From a virus, in the IMG/VR virus record IMGVR_UViG_3300032268_001078, positions 32,001 to 96,000 of that record: a DNA stretch of 64,000 nucleotides; one strand, 5' to 3'. Positions 46,821 through 56,027 of the stretch are shown one piece after another (the stretch's first letter is position 1; each line of letters opens with the position of its first letter). A program made the translations under genes and the position numbers. Below the pieces are notes generated by a model. That model saw only the letters and a program-made list of their open reading frames with translations, was not told the origin of the DNA and did not search any database.

Positions 46821-47326
46821 TTATAATAAATAGCTTTTAAATGTCGTGAACCACCATTTTCGTCGTCCATTCCATAACCAATATACCAAAAATCATTATT
46901 TTCTTTAGGAACACTCATAATACACATTTCTTCTCTGTATTTGTCATCATATTTTTTTAATGCAAAAATACCTTCAACACTTTTTGCTCCTTTGTACTCA
47001 TAGTGAATTTTTAAGTACTCATAAGTAATTCCACTGTCTAAAATATCATCAATAAGATAAACGTGTTTGTCTGTCACGTCTACCCTACTGTCTAACAACA
47101 TTTTAAATCCAGTGTTTTCTGTTCCTGTGTATGAAGCACAATTTACAAAATCACAAATAATATTCATACGTTGGAGTTCTTGCATCAAATCCGCGTAAAA
47201 CATAAAACCTCCACGCATTACTCCAATCATTACAATTGGTTCGTCTACGTTGTGTCTCATCATAATTTTCTCAACAATTTTGAGAACACCCATACGAATT
47301 TGATGTGGATTTAATAATACTTGCAT
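46817..47326 (-). CDS. Purine phosphoribosyltransferase (HPRT-like)
   Basis: VMRGG..F..DL, IDDILDSG.T PRPP motif, IGYGMD. Confidence 0.85.
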   Translation of the reverse strand: MQVLLNPHQIRMGVLKIVEKIMMRHNVDEPIVMIGVMRGGFMFYADLMQELQRMNIICDFVNCASYTGTENTGFKMLLDSRVDVTDKHVYLIDDILDSGITYEYLKIHYEYKGAKSVEGIFALKKYDDKYREEMCIMSVPKENNDFWYIGYGMDDENGGSRHLKAIYYK

Positions 47327-47481
47327 TATACTAGTTCCTCTACAATACCTACTAATTCTGATATGATTAAAATAATTGCTCCAAGGCTAATGCTCCAGAA
47401 TAAAGCAACATAGCCAGAGATTCTAACAGCTGATTTTAAAAAGCTGACTGACTGATGTAGTTTAGGATCTGGATGTTTCAT
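47326..47481 (-). CDS. Small membrane protein (51 aa, below ORF-track cutoff)
   Basis: MKHPDPKLHQSVSFLKSAVRISGYVALFWSISLGAIILIISELVGIVEELV; stop overlaps the next ATG. Confidence 0.65.
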   Translation of the reverse strand: MKHPDPKLHQSVSFLKSAVRISGYVALFWSISLGAIILIISELVGIVEELV

Positions 47482-48334
47482 GTTTGTCTAAAACTTGTTT
47501 TACGTATTCTACAACATATTCCCAACTTACAGGACCAAATTCATCAGCATATTGAACTGGATCTTTACGACCTAATTTCAAAAATGCTTCTACTCTTTCT
47601 ACACTTGATGCTGATTTAAAATCACTAAACCATTCTTTTTCATAACAAACATTGTCTCCAACTGTATATTCAATACTATGTTGAATTGGTTTATAAGATG
47701 TGTTTGTTTTGCTGTAAACTTTATCAAAGTTCAAATGTAAAAAAGTGCAACATTCTTCTCCATCTTTTAAAATATCAAATTTATCTCCTAACAAATATGG
47801 AGTATAATATGCTACTTTTTCAGCACCCCAGTTACCCATTTTAAAAGCAAATTCATCTGCATCTCTAAATTCTTGTCTGCAATCTGGATAGATACTATGA
47901 TCACCTGCGTGGATGCCCATAGCAATTTCAACATTACAATTTTTAGATTCTGCAATTGATAAAGCTACTGCTTGAATAATTGAACTAAAGATTTTGTTTC
48001 TGTTTGGTACTACTGTTGCTTTCATATTTTCTTCAGCATAGTGACCTTCAGGAACTTCTGCTCCTCCTGTTACTAGAGCTGAATTGAGTAGTTGGCTTAG
48101 TCCATCTAATTTAATTACTTGATACTTAACTTTTGGATAATAATACTCATCTTCATAACGAGAATGTGCATTAACATATCTTACTAAAGCTTGAGCACGT
48201 TCAAGTTCAATTGAGTGTTTTTGCCCATAGTCAAAAGACAGTGCGGTTACTTCATAGCCCTTGGCGAGTAGATGAAGTAACAATGTGGAGCTGTCCATAC
48301 CTCCACTTAATGATAGTACTGCTTGTTTATTCAT
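47462..48334 (-). CDS. queC: 7-cyano-7-deazaguanine synthase
   Basis: SGGMDS PP-loop, FDYGQKH, VPNRN, HAGDH..YPDCR. Confidence 0.92.
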   Translation of the reverse strand: MNKQAVLSLSGGMDSSTLLLHLLAKGYEVTALSFDYGQKHSIELERAQALVRYVNAHSRYEDEYYYPKVKYQVIKLDGLSQLLNSALVTGGAEVPEGHYAEENMKATVVPNRNKIFSSIIQAVALSIAESKNCNVEIAMGIHAGDHSIYPDCRQEFRDADEFAFKMGNWGAEKVAYYTPYLLGDKFDILKDGEECCTFLHLNFDKVYSKTNTSYKPIQHSIEYTVGDNVCYEKEWFSDFKSASSVERVEAFLKLGRKDPVQYADEFGPVSWEYVVEYVKQVLDKHETSRS

Positions 48335-48750
48335 TATAACTTTATTGTTCTTAGTGTTTTAATAATAATTTCTTCTGGTTCAAATTTACTTACTTCTGGG
48401 TCTTTACTTGCGGCATATTCAATACTTCCTTGGCTTAATGTTTCAACCCAAAATGTTTTGATCATTTTAGATCTAATGATTTTACCATCTTGATTTCTAG
48501 TCACTTTTATTACAGCAATTTCATGTTGCCATGAACTTCCAATCGTACTATCACCTAAATCATGAATTAATTGTCCCTTAATAATCATATTAGGTTCATA
48601 ACTTTGTGGATTGTAAATAGTATTAGTAAGTGTTCCCCAAGAAGTACCTGATGTTGATGTTAATATACCTGTAGCTGTAGCACTTGAGGGCAAAGTAGTG
48701 GATGTAGTAGTTGCTGTAGCACTTGATGGTATAGTAGAGGTTGTTGTCAT
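48334..48750 (-). CDS. Hypothetical protein with Thr/Ser-rich N-terminus
   Basis: Duplicated (T)PSSATAT segment. Confidence 0.55.
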   Translation of the reverse strand: MTTTSTIPSSATATTTSTTLPSSATATGILTSTSGTSWGTLTNTIYNPQSYEPNMIIKGQLIHDLGDSTIGSSWQHEIAVIKVTRNQDGKIIRSKMIKTFWVETLSQGSIEYAASKDPEVSKFEPEEIIIKTLRTIKL

Positions 48751-48763
48751 CTTATTTATTTTA

Positions 48764-49021
48764 TTAAATATATTCGTTACCGTTTTGTTTACTTAAAGCT
48801 GTAAAATAATGGTGTACAAGTTTTCCTTTATCTTCTGTTGGAATTGTTGTTGCCATAACTAAATGCATATTATCTTCAAAAGTTTCCATTTGGTCTTTAT
48901 TAGTATAATCAATGTTTTCTAAAAAACCAAATGCTAAATTTCTAGTAGACCCATCAGGAGACGACAACATACCAAGTATATTATCCCACATATCAGTATC
49001 AAATTTTAGTAATTCTTCCAT
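48764..49021 (-). CDS. Hypothetical protein
   Basis: Start re-assigned to MEELL, downstream of promoter 49037-49069. Confidence 0.55.
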   Translation of the reverse strand: MEELLKFDTDMWDNILGMLSSPDGSTRNLAFGFLENIDYTNKDQMETFEDNMHLVMATTIPTEDKGKLVHHYFTALSKQNGNEYI

Positions 49022-49036
49022 ATTGCTATTTATTAT

Positions 49037-49069
49037 AATATAAGAAAGGGTTGGCAAAATACCAACCCT
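49037..49069 (-). promoter_or_regulatory. Sigma70-type promoter with overlapping hairpin
   Basis: TTGGTA-N17-TATATT; AGGGTTGG...CCAACCCT. Confidence 0.72.
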
Positions 49070-49092
49070 CTTAATAGATTTTTTAAAATAAA

Positions 49093-49290
49093 TTAAAAAT
49101 CTTGTTTTGCAATTCCAGCTTCGATAGCTGCTAATGCTTTAGCTTCAGACAAAATAGCTGTCATTTTGTTTCCTGCTGCGTTTGTTCCTTTAGCGATAAA
49201 ACCACCACGTGATGTTTTGCTAATTGTTACTTCTACGAAAGCTACTCCTTTTTGTTTTGCTTTCAAATCGTATGCTACTAGTTGTTCCAT
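49093..49290 (-). CDS. Small hypothetical protein
   Basis: ORF with typical codon usage. Confidence 0.55.
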   Translation of the reverse strand: MEQLVAYDLKAKQKGVAFVEVTISKTSRGGFIAKGTNAAGNKMTAILSEAKALAAIEAGIAKQDF

Positions 49291-49293
49291 ATT

Positions 49294-49503
49294 CTATATT
49301 TCTGTTATTTGTTGTGTATTGTTAAAGTATGTTTCTAAAAAACTTTTAGGATAAAGTATTATTTTTCCTCTATAAACTGGATTAGATACTTCTCTTATTT
49401 TTGTTTGTACATTAAATTTTATTGCTTCGTTATTTACTTCTTTTCCTAATTCTCGTCCAGCGGCTTTTCCTAAAAAATCGTATAATGATAAATACTCGTC
49501 CAT
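49294..49503 (-). CDS. Small hypothetical protein
   Basis: ORF coupled to the upstream gene. Confidence 0.55.
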   Translation of the reverse strand: MDEYLSLYDFLGKAAGRELGKEVNNEAIKFNVQTKIREVSNPVYRGKIILYPKSFLETYFNNTQQITEI

Positions 49504-50279
49504 TATTGCATAAATTGTTTAAATGTTTCTATATTTTTTAAAGCTAAATCTAATTTTTCTTGATCTTGAGATTCAAATACATTTTCTACTTTAGTTTTAG
49601 GCTTAAAGTTGATTCCTAAGTGTTCTGTGTAATCAATCATTTCAAATCCTAATGTAACGGGATTTGAAGTATCACAAGATTTAATTTCAGGATAAAAAAC
49701 TGATGGATAGTGTTTGAATTCTGATGCAAAATTAGTTCCTAATAAATGATGATGAACTTTAGAACTCAATCTACCTGTAGCTTTTAAATAAGTAATAAAC
49801 TCTACTCTACCTAGTGTTTTTCTTGTTTCAAAGTGTTCGTGAGTTGAAAAATCATCATAAAACTGACCTAAATGATTAAAACCAATGTATTTTACTCCAT
49901 CTGCTACGAGTTTTTCATATAACTCTTCAGCTTCAAACATATTGTTTGCTTGTAATACAACCATAATTTTATCACTGTCGATTTTTGTTCTCCAGTGTTT
50001 ATAGTTTTCATATGTTTTATCTGCATCATTCCAAGCATCAGGAACAATAAATGCATTAGGTTTAATTTTTACATAAAGATCTATTAATGTTTTGTCGTCT
50101 TTCAAGTCATCTTCAAAAAGACCATTATCCATCATAATAAATCTGCCATTTTCTCTTGCTTTCAAAAAATGATTCATATAATCTTCATCGTGAGCAAACG
50201 ATGGTAAGAAATAATCAAAATCATTAAATTCAAAACTTTTTTCTAAAAGTGCTTTTGGGCATTCGTGACTAACTTTCAT
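49503..50279 (-). CDS. Divergent TGT-fold protein, candidate DpdA-type DNA-guanine transglycosylase
   Basis: MDNGLF (cf. TGT DSGxF), PD, VLQ, HLLG, SCDTS (cf. SxDS) motifs in TGT order; near queC. Confidence 0.6.
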   Translation of the reverse strand: MKVSHECPKALLEKSFEFNDFDYFLPSFAHDEDYMNHFLKARENGRFIMMDNGLFEDDLKDDKTLIDLYVKIKPNAFIVPDAWNDADKTYENYKHWRTKIDSDKIMVVLQANNMFEAEELYEKLVADGVKYIGFNHLGQFYDDFSTHEHFETRKTLGRVEFITYLKATGRLSSKVHHHLLGTNFASEFKHYPSVFYPEIKSCDTSNPVTLGFEMIDYTEHLGINFKPKTKVENVFESQDQEKLDLALKNIETFKQFMQ

Positions 50280-50285
50280 AACTAT

Positions 50286-50319
50286 AATATAAGAAAAAGG
50301 GCTTGGAAAACCAAGCCCT
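50286..50319 (-). promoter_or_regulatory. Sigma70-type promoter with overlapping terminator hairpin
   Basis: TTGGTT-N17-TATATT; AGGGCTTGG-TTTT-CCAAGCCCT. Confidence 0.78.
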
Positions 50320-50333
50320 ATTAAAGTGTTTTA

Positions 50334-50615
50334 TTAAAACGCATATGGGTTAGGTACAATATCTGCTGAACCAGAATAAATTATAGCTACACCAGATGAT
50401 TGAGTTACTTGATAAATATAACCATATACACCCGCACCCGCTGAAAAACTAACATTATTTAAATTTCCACTTAAATTACCAATTTTAACGTTTGCTATAG
50501 TATTAGTTACTGGGTAGTACCAAAATCCATCAGTAGATGCTGATACAGATCCTGATAAAACTGTTCCGCCCCCAAATCCATATGGGTGTTTCGAAATATC
50601 TATTTGTCCTTGCAT
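50334..50615 (-). CDS. Hypothetical protein (beta-rich, possibly virion)
   Basis: G/S-rich; preceded by ATATTTAT. Confidence 0.5.
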   Translation of the reverse strand: MQGQIDISKHPYGFGGGTVLSGSVSASTDGFWYYPVTNTIANVKIGNLSGNLNNVSFSAGAGVYGYIYQVTQSSGVAIIYSGSADIVPNPYAF

Positions 50616-50636
50616 TTTATTTGTTTATAATAAATA

Positions 50637-52487
50637 TTATACAATTTCGCAAGCTCCACCAGCACACGCTGCTTGATCCATTAAGTTTGTCATATCACTC
50701 ATTTCTACTACATTTCTCAAATCAATATTATGTAAATGTTGTACCATTTCATTGTATTGTTCTTCTGTAATTGTTTCAAACGGAGTTTGTTTATAACTTC
50801 CTAAGTCTTCAGGTAAACAAGACATTGCTGTGTAGTCTTCTCTGTGTTTCCACATCCATTCACCTACTTGTTTCCACTCACCTGCTTTGATATTGATAGT
50901 AACAGATACGTTATTGAAATTTTGACCGCTTCTATGACCTGGTCTTACCCATTCCATATTAAATCTGCGAGTTCTTTCTAATAAATCAAATGTTGATTCT
51001 GCTCTTGTTGTAGCTCCTACTGGTGCTGCTTGAGGAACAGAAATAACTGCTTGTTGACTTGGATTAAAGAAATCGTCTTCAACTAGTTCTGGGTGATTAA
51101 TAGATAAATAAGTGTAAATAGCTTCATTTTTACCTACTCTAATTCTACGAATATAGAAATTGTCGTGCCAAGCGTGAATTCCACTTGAACTTCCTAATAC
51201 TAAACTTGAAGTTCCACTTGGTTTTACAGTGGTTGAACGAGCTGCTTTTCTAATTCCTAAAAGTTTTGCTACTCTTTCGTTTTCTTCTTTAACTACTTTA
51301 GCACCTTCTTCTAAGTTGATGTTATCTAATTTTCCAGATGCAATTCCTGTAATACCTACACCTACTAAAGCGTCTTTTTCAGTTGTTTTTTTCCAAATGT
51401 CTCTTAAGTAGTGGAAGTCTGTGTAACTAGCTTGTAAAGTTCCTAAGAATGAAGCTGCTTTTGAACGAGCATTGAAATCTGCTTGATCTACTACATCTGT
51501 AGCGTTGATTTCACACAAGTTACAGAATTGGTATGGTCTTAAAGCAATTTCAGCACAAGGGTTAGTACCATAGTCTTTATCATTACTGAATATAAATCCT
51601 GGTTCACCTGCATTTGATGCTTCAACTTTAGCCCACAATCCCATAAATTCGCTTTCTGTAATTTTATGGCGCAAGATTACTGCTGAGTTGTTAGCTCTTC
51701 CACGTTGAGGATTAGTTTCCCACCAGTTTCCAAATTTACAAGTTAACATATCTTCATCATCAAAATCAAACAATGAAATCAATGCTGCTCTTCTAATTCC
51801 TCCACTTAATACTGCGTCAGCTAAGTGACAAGCAATATCGTGACATTCTACAGATGTTAATTTATCTCCTGCTTTTTTACGATCAAGAATTTTTTGGACT
51901 TGAAATAATACTTCTTTTAATGGTTCTGGTCCTGGAGCTTTTCCTCCTGCAGTAACTAATTGTTCTCCTTTTGCTCTAATGTCTCTAAAGTCAAATTTTG
52001 GTCTAGCTCCACCTTTCAAATAAGCTTTCATTAAAACATGTACTGCATCAGCCCATCCTTCAATAGAGTCGTTGATAAGATAGCGTTTTTCGCGTGTTGG
52101 AATTGTTATTTCAGGTAGTTTATCGATATGATGGCCTTGTACACTAAATCCAACGCCACATCCACTAAGAAGCAAAAACATAATTTCACTAAAACTCTTC
52201 ATATTGTCAATAGGAAGGAAACTACAATTGAACATTCTAGCATTGTTAATGTCTGCTGGTTTTCCAGCAAACTGCAATGATCTCATTGATGGTAAAACTT
52301 TTTTGTTGTAAACCATTTTGTAAACTTCATTGATTTCATCAGCTAATTCTGGGAATTTAGCTAAATGCATTTCTTTATTTCTGTCCACGATTTCTTCCCA
52401 GGTTTCGCGGCGAGATTTTTCGGGGATATGGCGAGCATACTTCATGTATGTCGTGATATCCGACAATATATTTTGTGTTGTGTTCAT
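50637..52487 (-). CDS. nrdJ: Class II (adenosylcobalamin-dependent) ribonucleotide reductase, RTPR-like
   Basis: FNCS, GTNPCAE, QFCNL, TTVKPSGT, C-term CAGGACE; no beta-subunit gene in window. Confidence 0.88.
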   Translation of the reverse strand: MNTTQNILSDITTYMKYARHIPEKSRRETWEEIVDRNKEMHLAKFPELADEINEVYKMVYNKKVLPSMRSLQFAGKPADINNARMFNCSFLPIDNMKSFSEIMFLLLSGCGVGFSVQGHHIDKLPEITIPTREKRYLINDSIEGWADAVHVLMKAYLKGGARPKFDFRDIRAKGEQLVTAGGKAPGPEPLKEVLFQVQKILDRKKAGDKLTSVECHDIACHLADAVLSGGIRRAALISLFDFDDEDMLTCKFGNWWETNPQRGRANNSAVILRHKITESEFMGLWAKVEASNAGEPGFIFSNDKDYGTNPCAEIALRPYQFCNLCEINATDVVDQADFNARSKAASFLGTLQASYTDFHYLRDIWKKTTEKDALVGVGITGIASGKLDNINLEEGAKVVKEENERVAKLLGIRKAARSTTVKPSGTSSLVLGSSSGIHAWHDNFYIRRIRVGKNEAIYTYLSINHPELVEDDFFNPSQQAVISVPQAAPVGATTRAESTFDLLERTRRFNMEWVRPGHRSGQNFNNVSVTINIKAGEWKQVGEWMWKHREDYTAMSCLPEDLGSYKQTPFETITEEQYNEMVQHLHNIDLRNVVEMSDMTNLMDQAACAGGACEIV

Positions 52488-52541
52488 AATCTAATTGTGG
52501 GTTAATAAATATTATATAGTAGTTTGTAAATGTAGATTTTT

Positions 52542-53891
52542 TTAAACAGATTTTGCCATATTTAGTAAATCACTATTATTCCATCCTTCATCAAGTAAAG
52601 AAGATTTTACTTTAATTTTTTCTTCAACTTCATCTTCTCCTCCACTTAATAAAACGTGTCCTGTTGTAGTATCTACTTGAGCATTGTAAGTCATACCATC
52701 CATTCCATAACGATTTTTCATAATATGAATTCTACCAGTTCCTGCTACTTTGTCTTCCTTTTTACGACTCAATGACATACAAAAATCTGAAATCATAATT
52801 TTATCATAACTTCCTGCTGCTTTATCACCTTGAATAATATCATCTTGAGCACCTGAACGATTTACTTGGCTTACTGACCAAATAGGTGTATTCAGTTCAC
52901 GAGCCATACCTTTAATAGCGATATAAACATCATCTATTTCATCTTTCCTATCACTATTTCTTTTAGGAGAACGCAACAAATCAATGTAATCAATAATAAT
53001 TAAATCGGGTTTAATGTCCATGTCTCTAAGTTTTGAAACATGAGATTCTAATGTTTGAACAGTTGCTTTACCCATACTAAATTCTTTAACAATTAGTTTA
53101 CCTTCTAAACGATTAATTTCATTTTCAACTTTTTTCCTATGTAAATGAATTTGATTTACAGATTCATCTACAAAAAAAGCATCAAATCGTTTACCTACAT
53201 AAACTTCTCCTAATTCTAGTGTGTAATAAACAACATTAAATCCTTGTTGTACAGCATGTCCTGCTATAGCAACCATCATCCATGATTTACCTCCACCAGG
53301 ATTACCAAAAACAAGACCCAAATCTCCTCCACCTAAACCACCCATTAAAAGTTTATTGATATCTGCCCAAGGCGTAGGAATAATTACTCTTGCATCTGGT
53401 CTGTATCTTGATTCTACATCTTTAGAGTACTCATGACCAATGTTTTTGTCCATTCCTGCTTTTAACGCAGAATCAATTAAACTTCTAATATCATCATACA
53501 TTCCTGAATTTAATAAATCTACTGATGTAAGTAAAGCTGATTTTAGTTGTTGATTTTTACAAAAATTACTAAATTCTTCTCTAACATAGTCAGCATCATT
53601 GTTATCAATTCTATAAGATTCACGAAGTTGTTCAACTACTGCTGTTTTTAATACTTCATTGTCTAATTTCTTAACCTCAATATGTAATGATTCAAGTGTA
53701 GGAGATGTGTGATACTTGTCGAAATATTTTAATGTTTGAGTTACAATCCACTGTAAACTTTGATTATCAAAGTATTCATTTTGAATGGTATCTCTAATAC
53801 TCAATAAAAACTCTTTATTTGTTAATAATTGGTTAATTACCTTGAGTTGAAAAGGTAGACCATACAAACTTAATTTATTAAAACTTACCAT
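52542..53891 (-). CDS. Replicative DNA helicase (DnaB/T4 gp41-like)
   Basis: GNPGGGKS, TLE, IIIDYIDL, SQVNR, KNRYG. Confidence 0.92.
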   Translation of the reverse strand: MVSFNKLSLYGLPFQLKVINQLLTNKEFLLSIRDTIQNEYFDNQSLQWIVTQTLKYFDKYHTSPTLESLHIEVKKLDNEVLKTAVVEQLRESYRIDNNDADYVREEFSNFCKNQQLKSALLTSVDLLNSGMYDDIRSLIDSALKAGMDKNIGHEYSKDVESRYRPDARVIIPTPWADINKLLMGGLGGGDLGLVFGNPGGGKSWMMVAIAGHAVQQGFNVVYYTLELGEVYVGKRFDAFFVDESVNQIHLHRKKVENEINRLEGKLIVKEFSMGKATVQTLESHVSKLRDMDIKPDLIIIDYIDLLRSPKRNSDRKDEIDDVYIAIKGMARELNTPIWSVSQVNRSGAQDDIIQGDKAAGSYDKIMISDFCMSLSRKKEDKVAGTGRIHIMKNRYGMDGMTYNAQVDTTTGHVLLSGGEDEVEEKIKVKSSLLDEGWNNSDLLNMAKSV

Positions 53892-53905
53892 AACTTATTT
53901 TTTAT

Positions 53906-53934
53906 AATATAAAAATTTATTTTTTAGATGCCAA
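53906..53934 (-). promoter_or_regulatory. Sigma70-type promoter
   Basis: TTGGCA-N17-TATATT. Confidence 0.68.
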
Positions 53935-54942
53935 AAGATGAGTAAAAACATTTATTAACCATCCTTCAACATTAGGAATTGAATTTCCTAATAAATCTTG
54001 GGTGTACATTGTTACAAACTTTGATTTATCCATTGTTGACTTAGGTTGTTGGAATATATCATCTGCTTCTAATTTCATCATTGCTGATAAATTTGGATTG
54101 TGTAAATCCATTAATTTTTCATTAATAAGGAGTTGATGTTTAAAATTATGAACATTAGAATACATCCCTGTGTTTTCTTTTTCTGATTTTTCAAGAATTT
54201 CATTTAATGTTACTTTTTCTTCTTCAACTAATTCTGGAAAGTTTTTGATTAGTTTTTTAGGACCTAATTTAGGAACACCAGGAACATTATCAGAACTATC
54301 ACCTAATAATATTTTCATTTGAAGATAGTTTTGAGGTGGCAGTCCATATTCTTCTTTTACGCGTTCTGGTGTGTAAAATTTCTTTTTAGTTGGAGAATAT
54401 ATTGTAATTTTATCGTTTACTAATTGAAGAAAATCTTGGTCTGAGGACATTATTACCACCTCTTTAGTTTCTGCGAATTTCGTTGCAAGATACCCGATAG
54501 TATCGTCAGCCTCTGCTCTGTCAATAGAGCATATGTCTATTGGAAGACATTGTAAATACTCAACGAGTCTTAACAACTGGTTTTCTATTGATTCAGATTC
54601 TTCTGCTTGATTAGCAAATCCATCAAAGTTAGTAATTCGTTTTAGTTTACGATTACCTTTATAATCAGGATACAAGTTTTTCTTATTTTGAGTAGAACCA
54701 GATCCTTCAAAAACAATAATTACTCTTGTTGGGTTAGTATGTTTAATAGCATAACCCATTGATTTTAAAAAACCAGTAAGTCCCCCAATATGATTTCCTT
54801 TGGGATTTATGTGATTAATTATTGCAAAACTTCGTAAAAAAGTATTCATAGCGTCAACCAAAAGCACCTTTTGGGTGCTTTCTGGTTGTGCTTGTCTTGA
54901 TTTGGATAATTTATCAATAATCGCTTGAAAATCTTTATCCAT
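53917..54942 (-). CDS. 5'-3' exonuclease / flap endonuclease (T4 RNase H-like)
   Basis: LVDAMN, YPDYKGNR, EADD, SSDQD, LGDSSDNVPG...GPK. Confidence 0.92.
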   Translation of the reverse strand: MDKDFQAIIDKLSKSRQAQPESTQKVLLVDAMNTFLRSFAIINHINPKGNHIGGLTGFLKSMGYAIKHTNPTRVIIVFEGSGSTQNKKNLYPDYKGNRKLKRITNFDGFANQAEESESIENQLLRLVEYLQCLPIDICSIDRAEADDTIGYLATKFAETKEVVIMSSDQDFLQLVNDKITIYSPTKKKFYTPERVKEEYGLPPQNYLQMKILLGDSSDNVPGVPKLGPKKLIKNFPELVEEEKVTLNEILEKSEKENTGMYSNVHNFKHQLLINEKLMDLHNPNLSAMMKLEADDIFQQPKSTMDKSKFVTMYTQDLLGNSIPNVEGWLINVFTHLLASKK

Positions 54943-56020
54943 TATCGTCGTCTCCTACTAAAGGAATATTATTTGTTTCTTCCCAATCTGATTTGTCTTC
55001 TACTACAGAGAAATCACCTGATCCTAAAACAGTTAACCATTCGTCTTTGTGTTCTTTTTTGTATGTTTCTACAGCTTTTGGGTCATCATCTATAAAACCA
55101 TGAACTGTAACCATAACTGTTCCTTTAGTTGTTACACCTGTAATATGGTTTTTATCACACATAATGCGAGTACGTTTAGCAAATTCAACATCTTTACCAC
55201 TTTTAGTAGCTTTTATTTTTGTTGTTCCGCTATTTGTAACATTACCAAACGTAATTACTAAAGTAGAGTCAAAGAACATAGTATCTCCACCTTTATTTCT
55301 CATTTTTGGTTGAGACATTGGTGTTTCTGCGGGGCTAACCCATACTTTATTTACTGCTACTAATGTATTAGTATAAGGTAAATTAGCTTTACGAGATAAT
55401 ACAATTTTCTGATTAATGAAATTACCAAACTGTTGGGAAATAGCACCAGCATTCCATTGTGGATTGTTTTTATTTGAATCTACAGACATTCTAGAAGGAA
55501 TTGAACCAACAGAATCCCATAAAAATAATAAATCATATGGTAATCGACCTTTAGCTTGTTCATCCAACATATCTGCAATAAAACTAGCAACATCTTCAAT
55601 AGTTGTCAAGCTACCCCTATCAACATAAACAAATTGACCTTTGTAATCAATTATTTCACCTGTTGTTTCATCTACAACTTCTTCCATTTCAAAACCCATT
55701 TGACGGGCATGATCCCAGTTCCATTTCATTTCAGTAATAATGAATACTGGTAAAATGCCCATCTTTTGAGCTGACACAGCAGCTTCAATTAAAGCTGTTG
55801 TTTTTCCTGTGTCTGAATGGCCTCGAAGTAACGTAATGTGACCCATAGGAATGCCTGGTAGAGTTAACACATCTTGAAATGCTGTGCTAAGTGGAATCCA
55901 TCTTTGTTCCTTAAACGTAACTGATGAGTTACTTAGATACTTTGACTTTTTAAATGATTCTAGGTCAAAATTTCCTTTTACTGCATTAGATACAGTTTCT
56001 GTTAACTTCTTTTTTGTCAT
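54935..56020 (-). CDS. RecA/UvsX-like recombinase
   Basis: GHSDTGKT Walker A, WDSVG, N..W, GG.. Confidence 0.88.
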   Translation of the reverse strand: MTKKKLTETVSNAVKGNFDLESFKKSKYLSNSSVTFKEQRWIPLSTAFQDVLTLPGIPMGHITLLRGHSDTGKTTALIEAAVSAQKMGILPVFIITEMKWNWDHARQMGFEMEEVVDETTGEIIDYKGQFVYVDRGSLTTIEDVASFIADMLDEQAKGRLPYDLLFLWDSVGSIPSRMSVDSNKNNPQWNAGAISQQFGNFINQKIVLSRKANLPYTNTLVAVNKVWVSPAETPMSQPKMRNKGGDTMFFDSTLVITFGNVTNSGTTKIKATKSGKDVEFAKRTRIMCDKNHITGVTTKGTVMVTVHGFIDDDPKAVETYKKEHKDEWLTVLGSGDFSVVEDKSDWEETNNIPLVGDDDNG

Positions 56021-56027
56021 AATTTAA

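Noticed and set aside
34078-56020. Inteins or introns in PolB, NrdJ, helicase or RecA
   Set aside because: Lengths and motif spacing are normal; no splice-junction motifs
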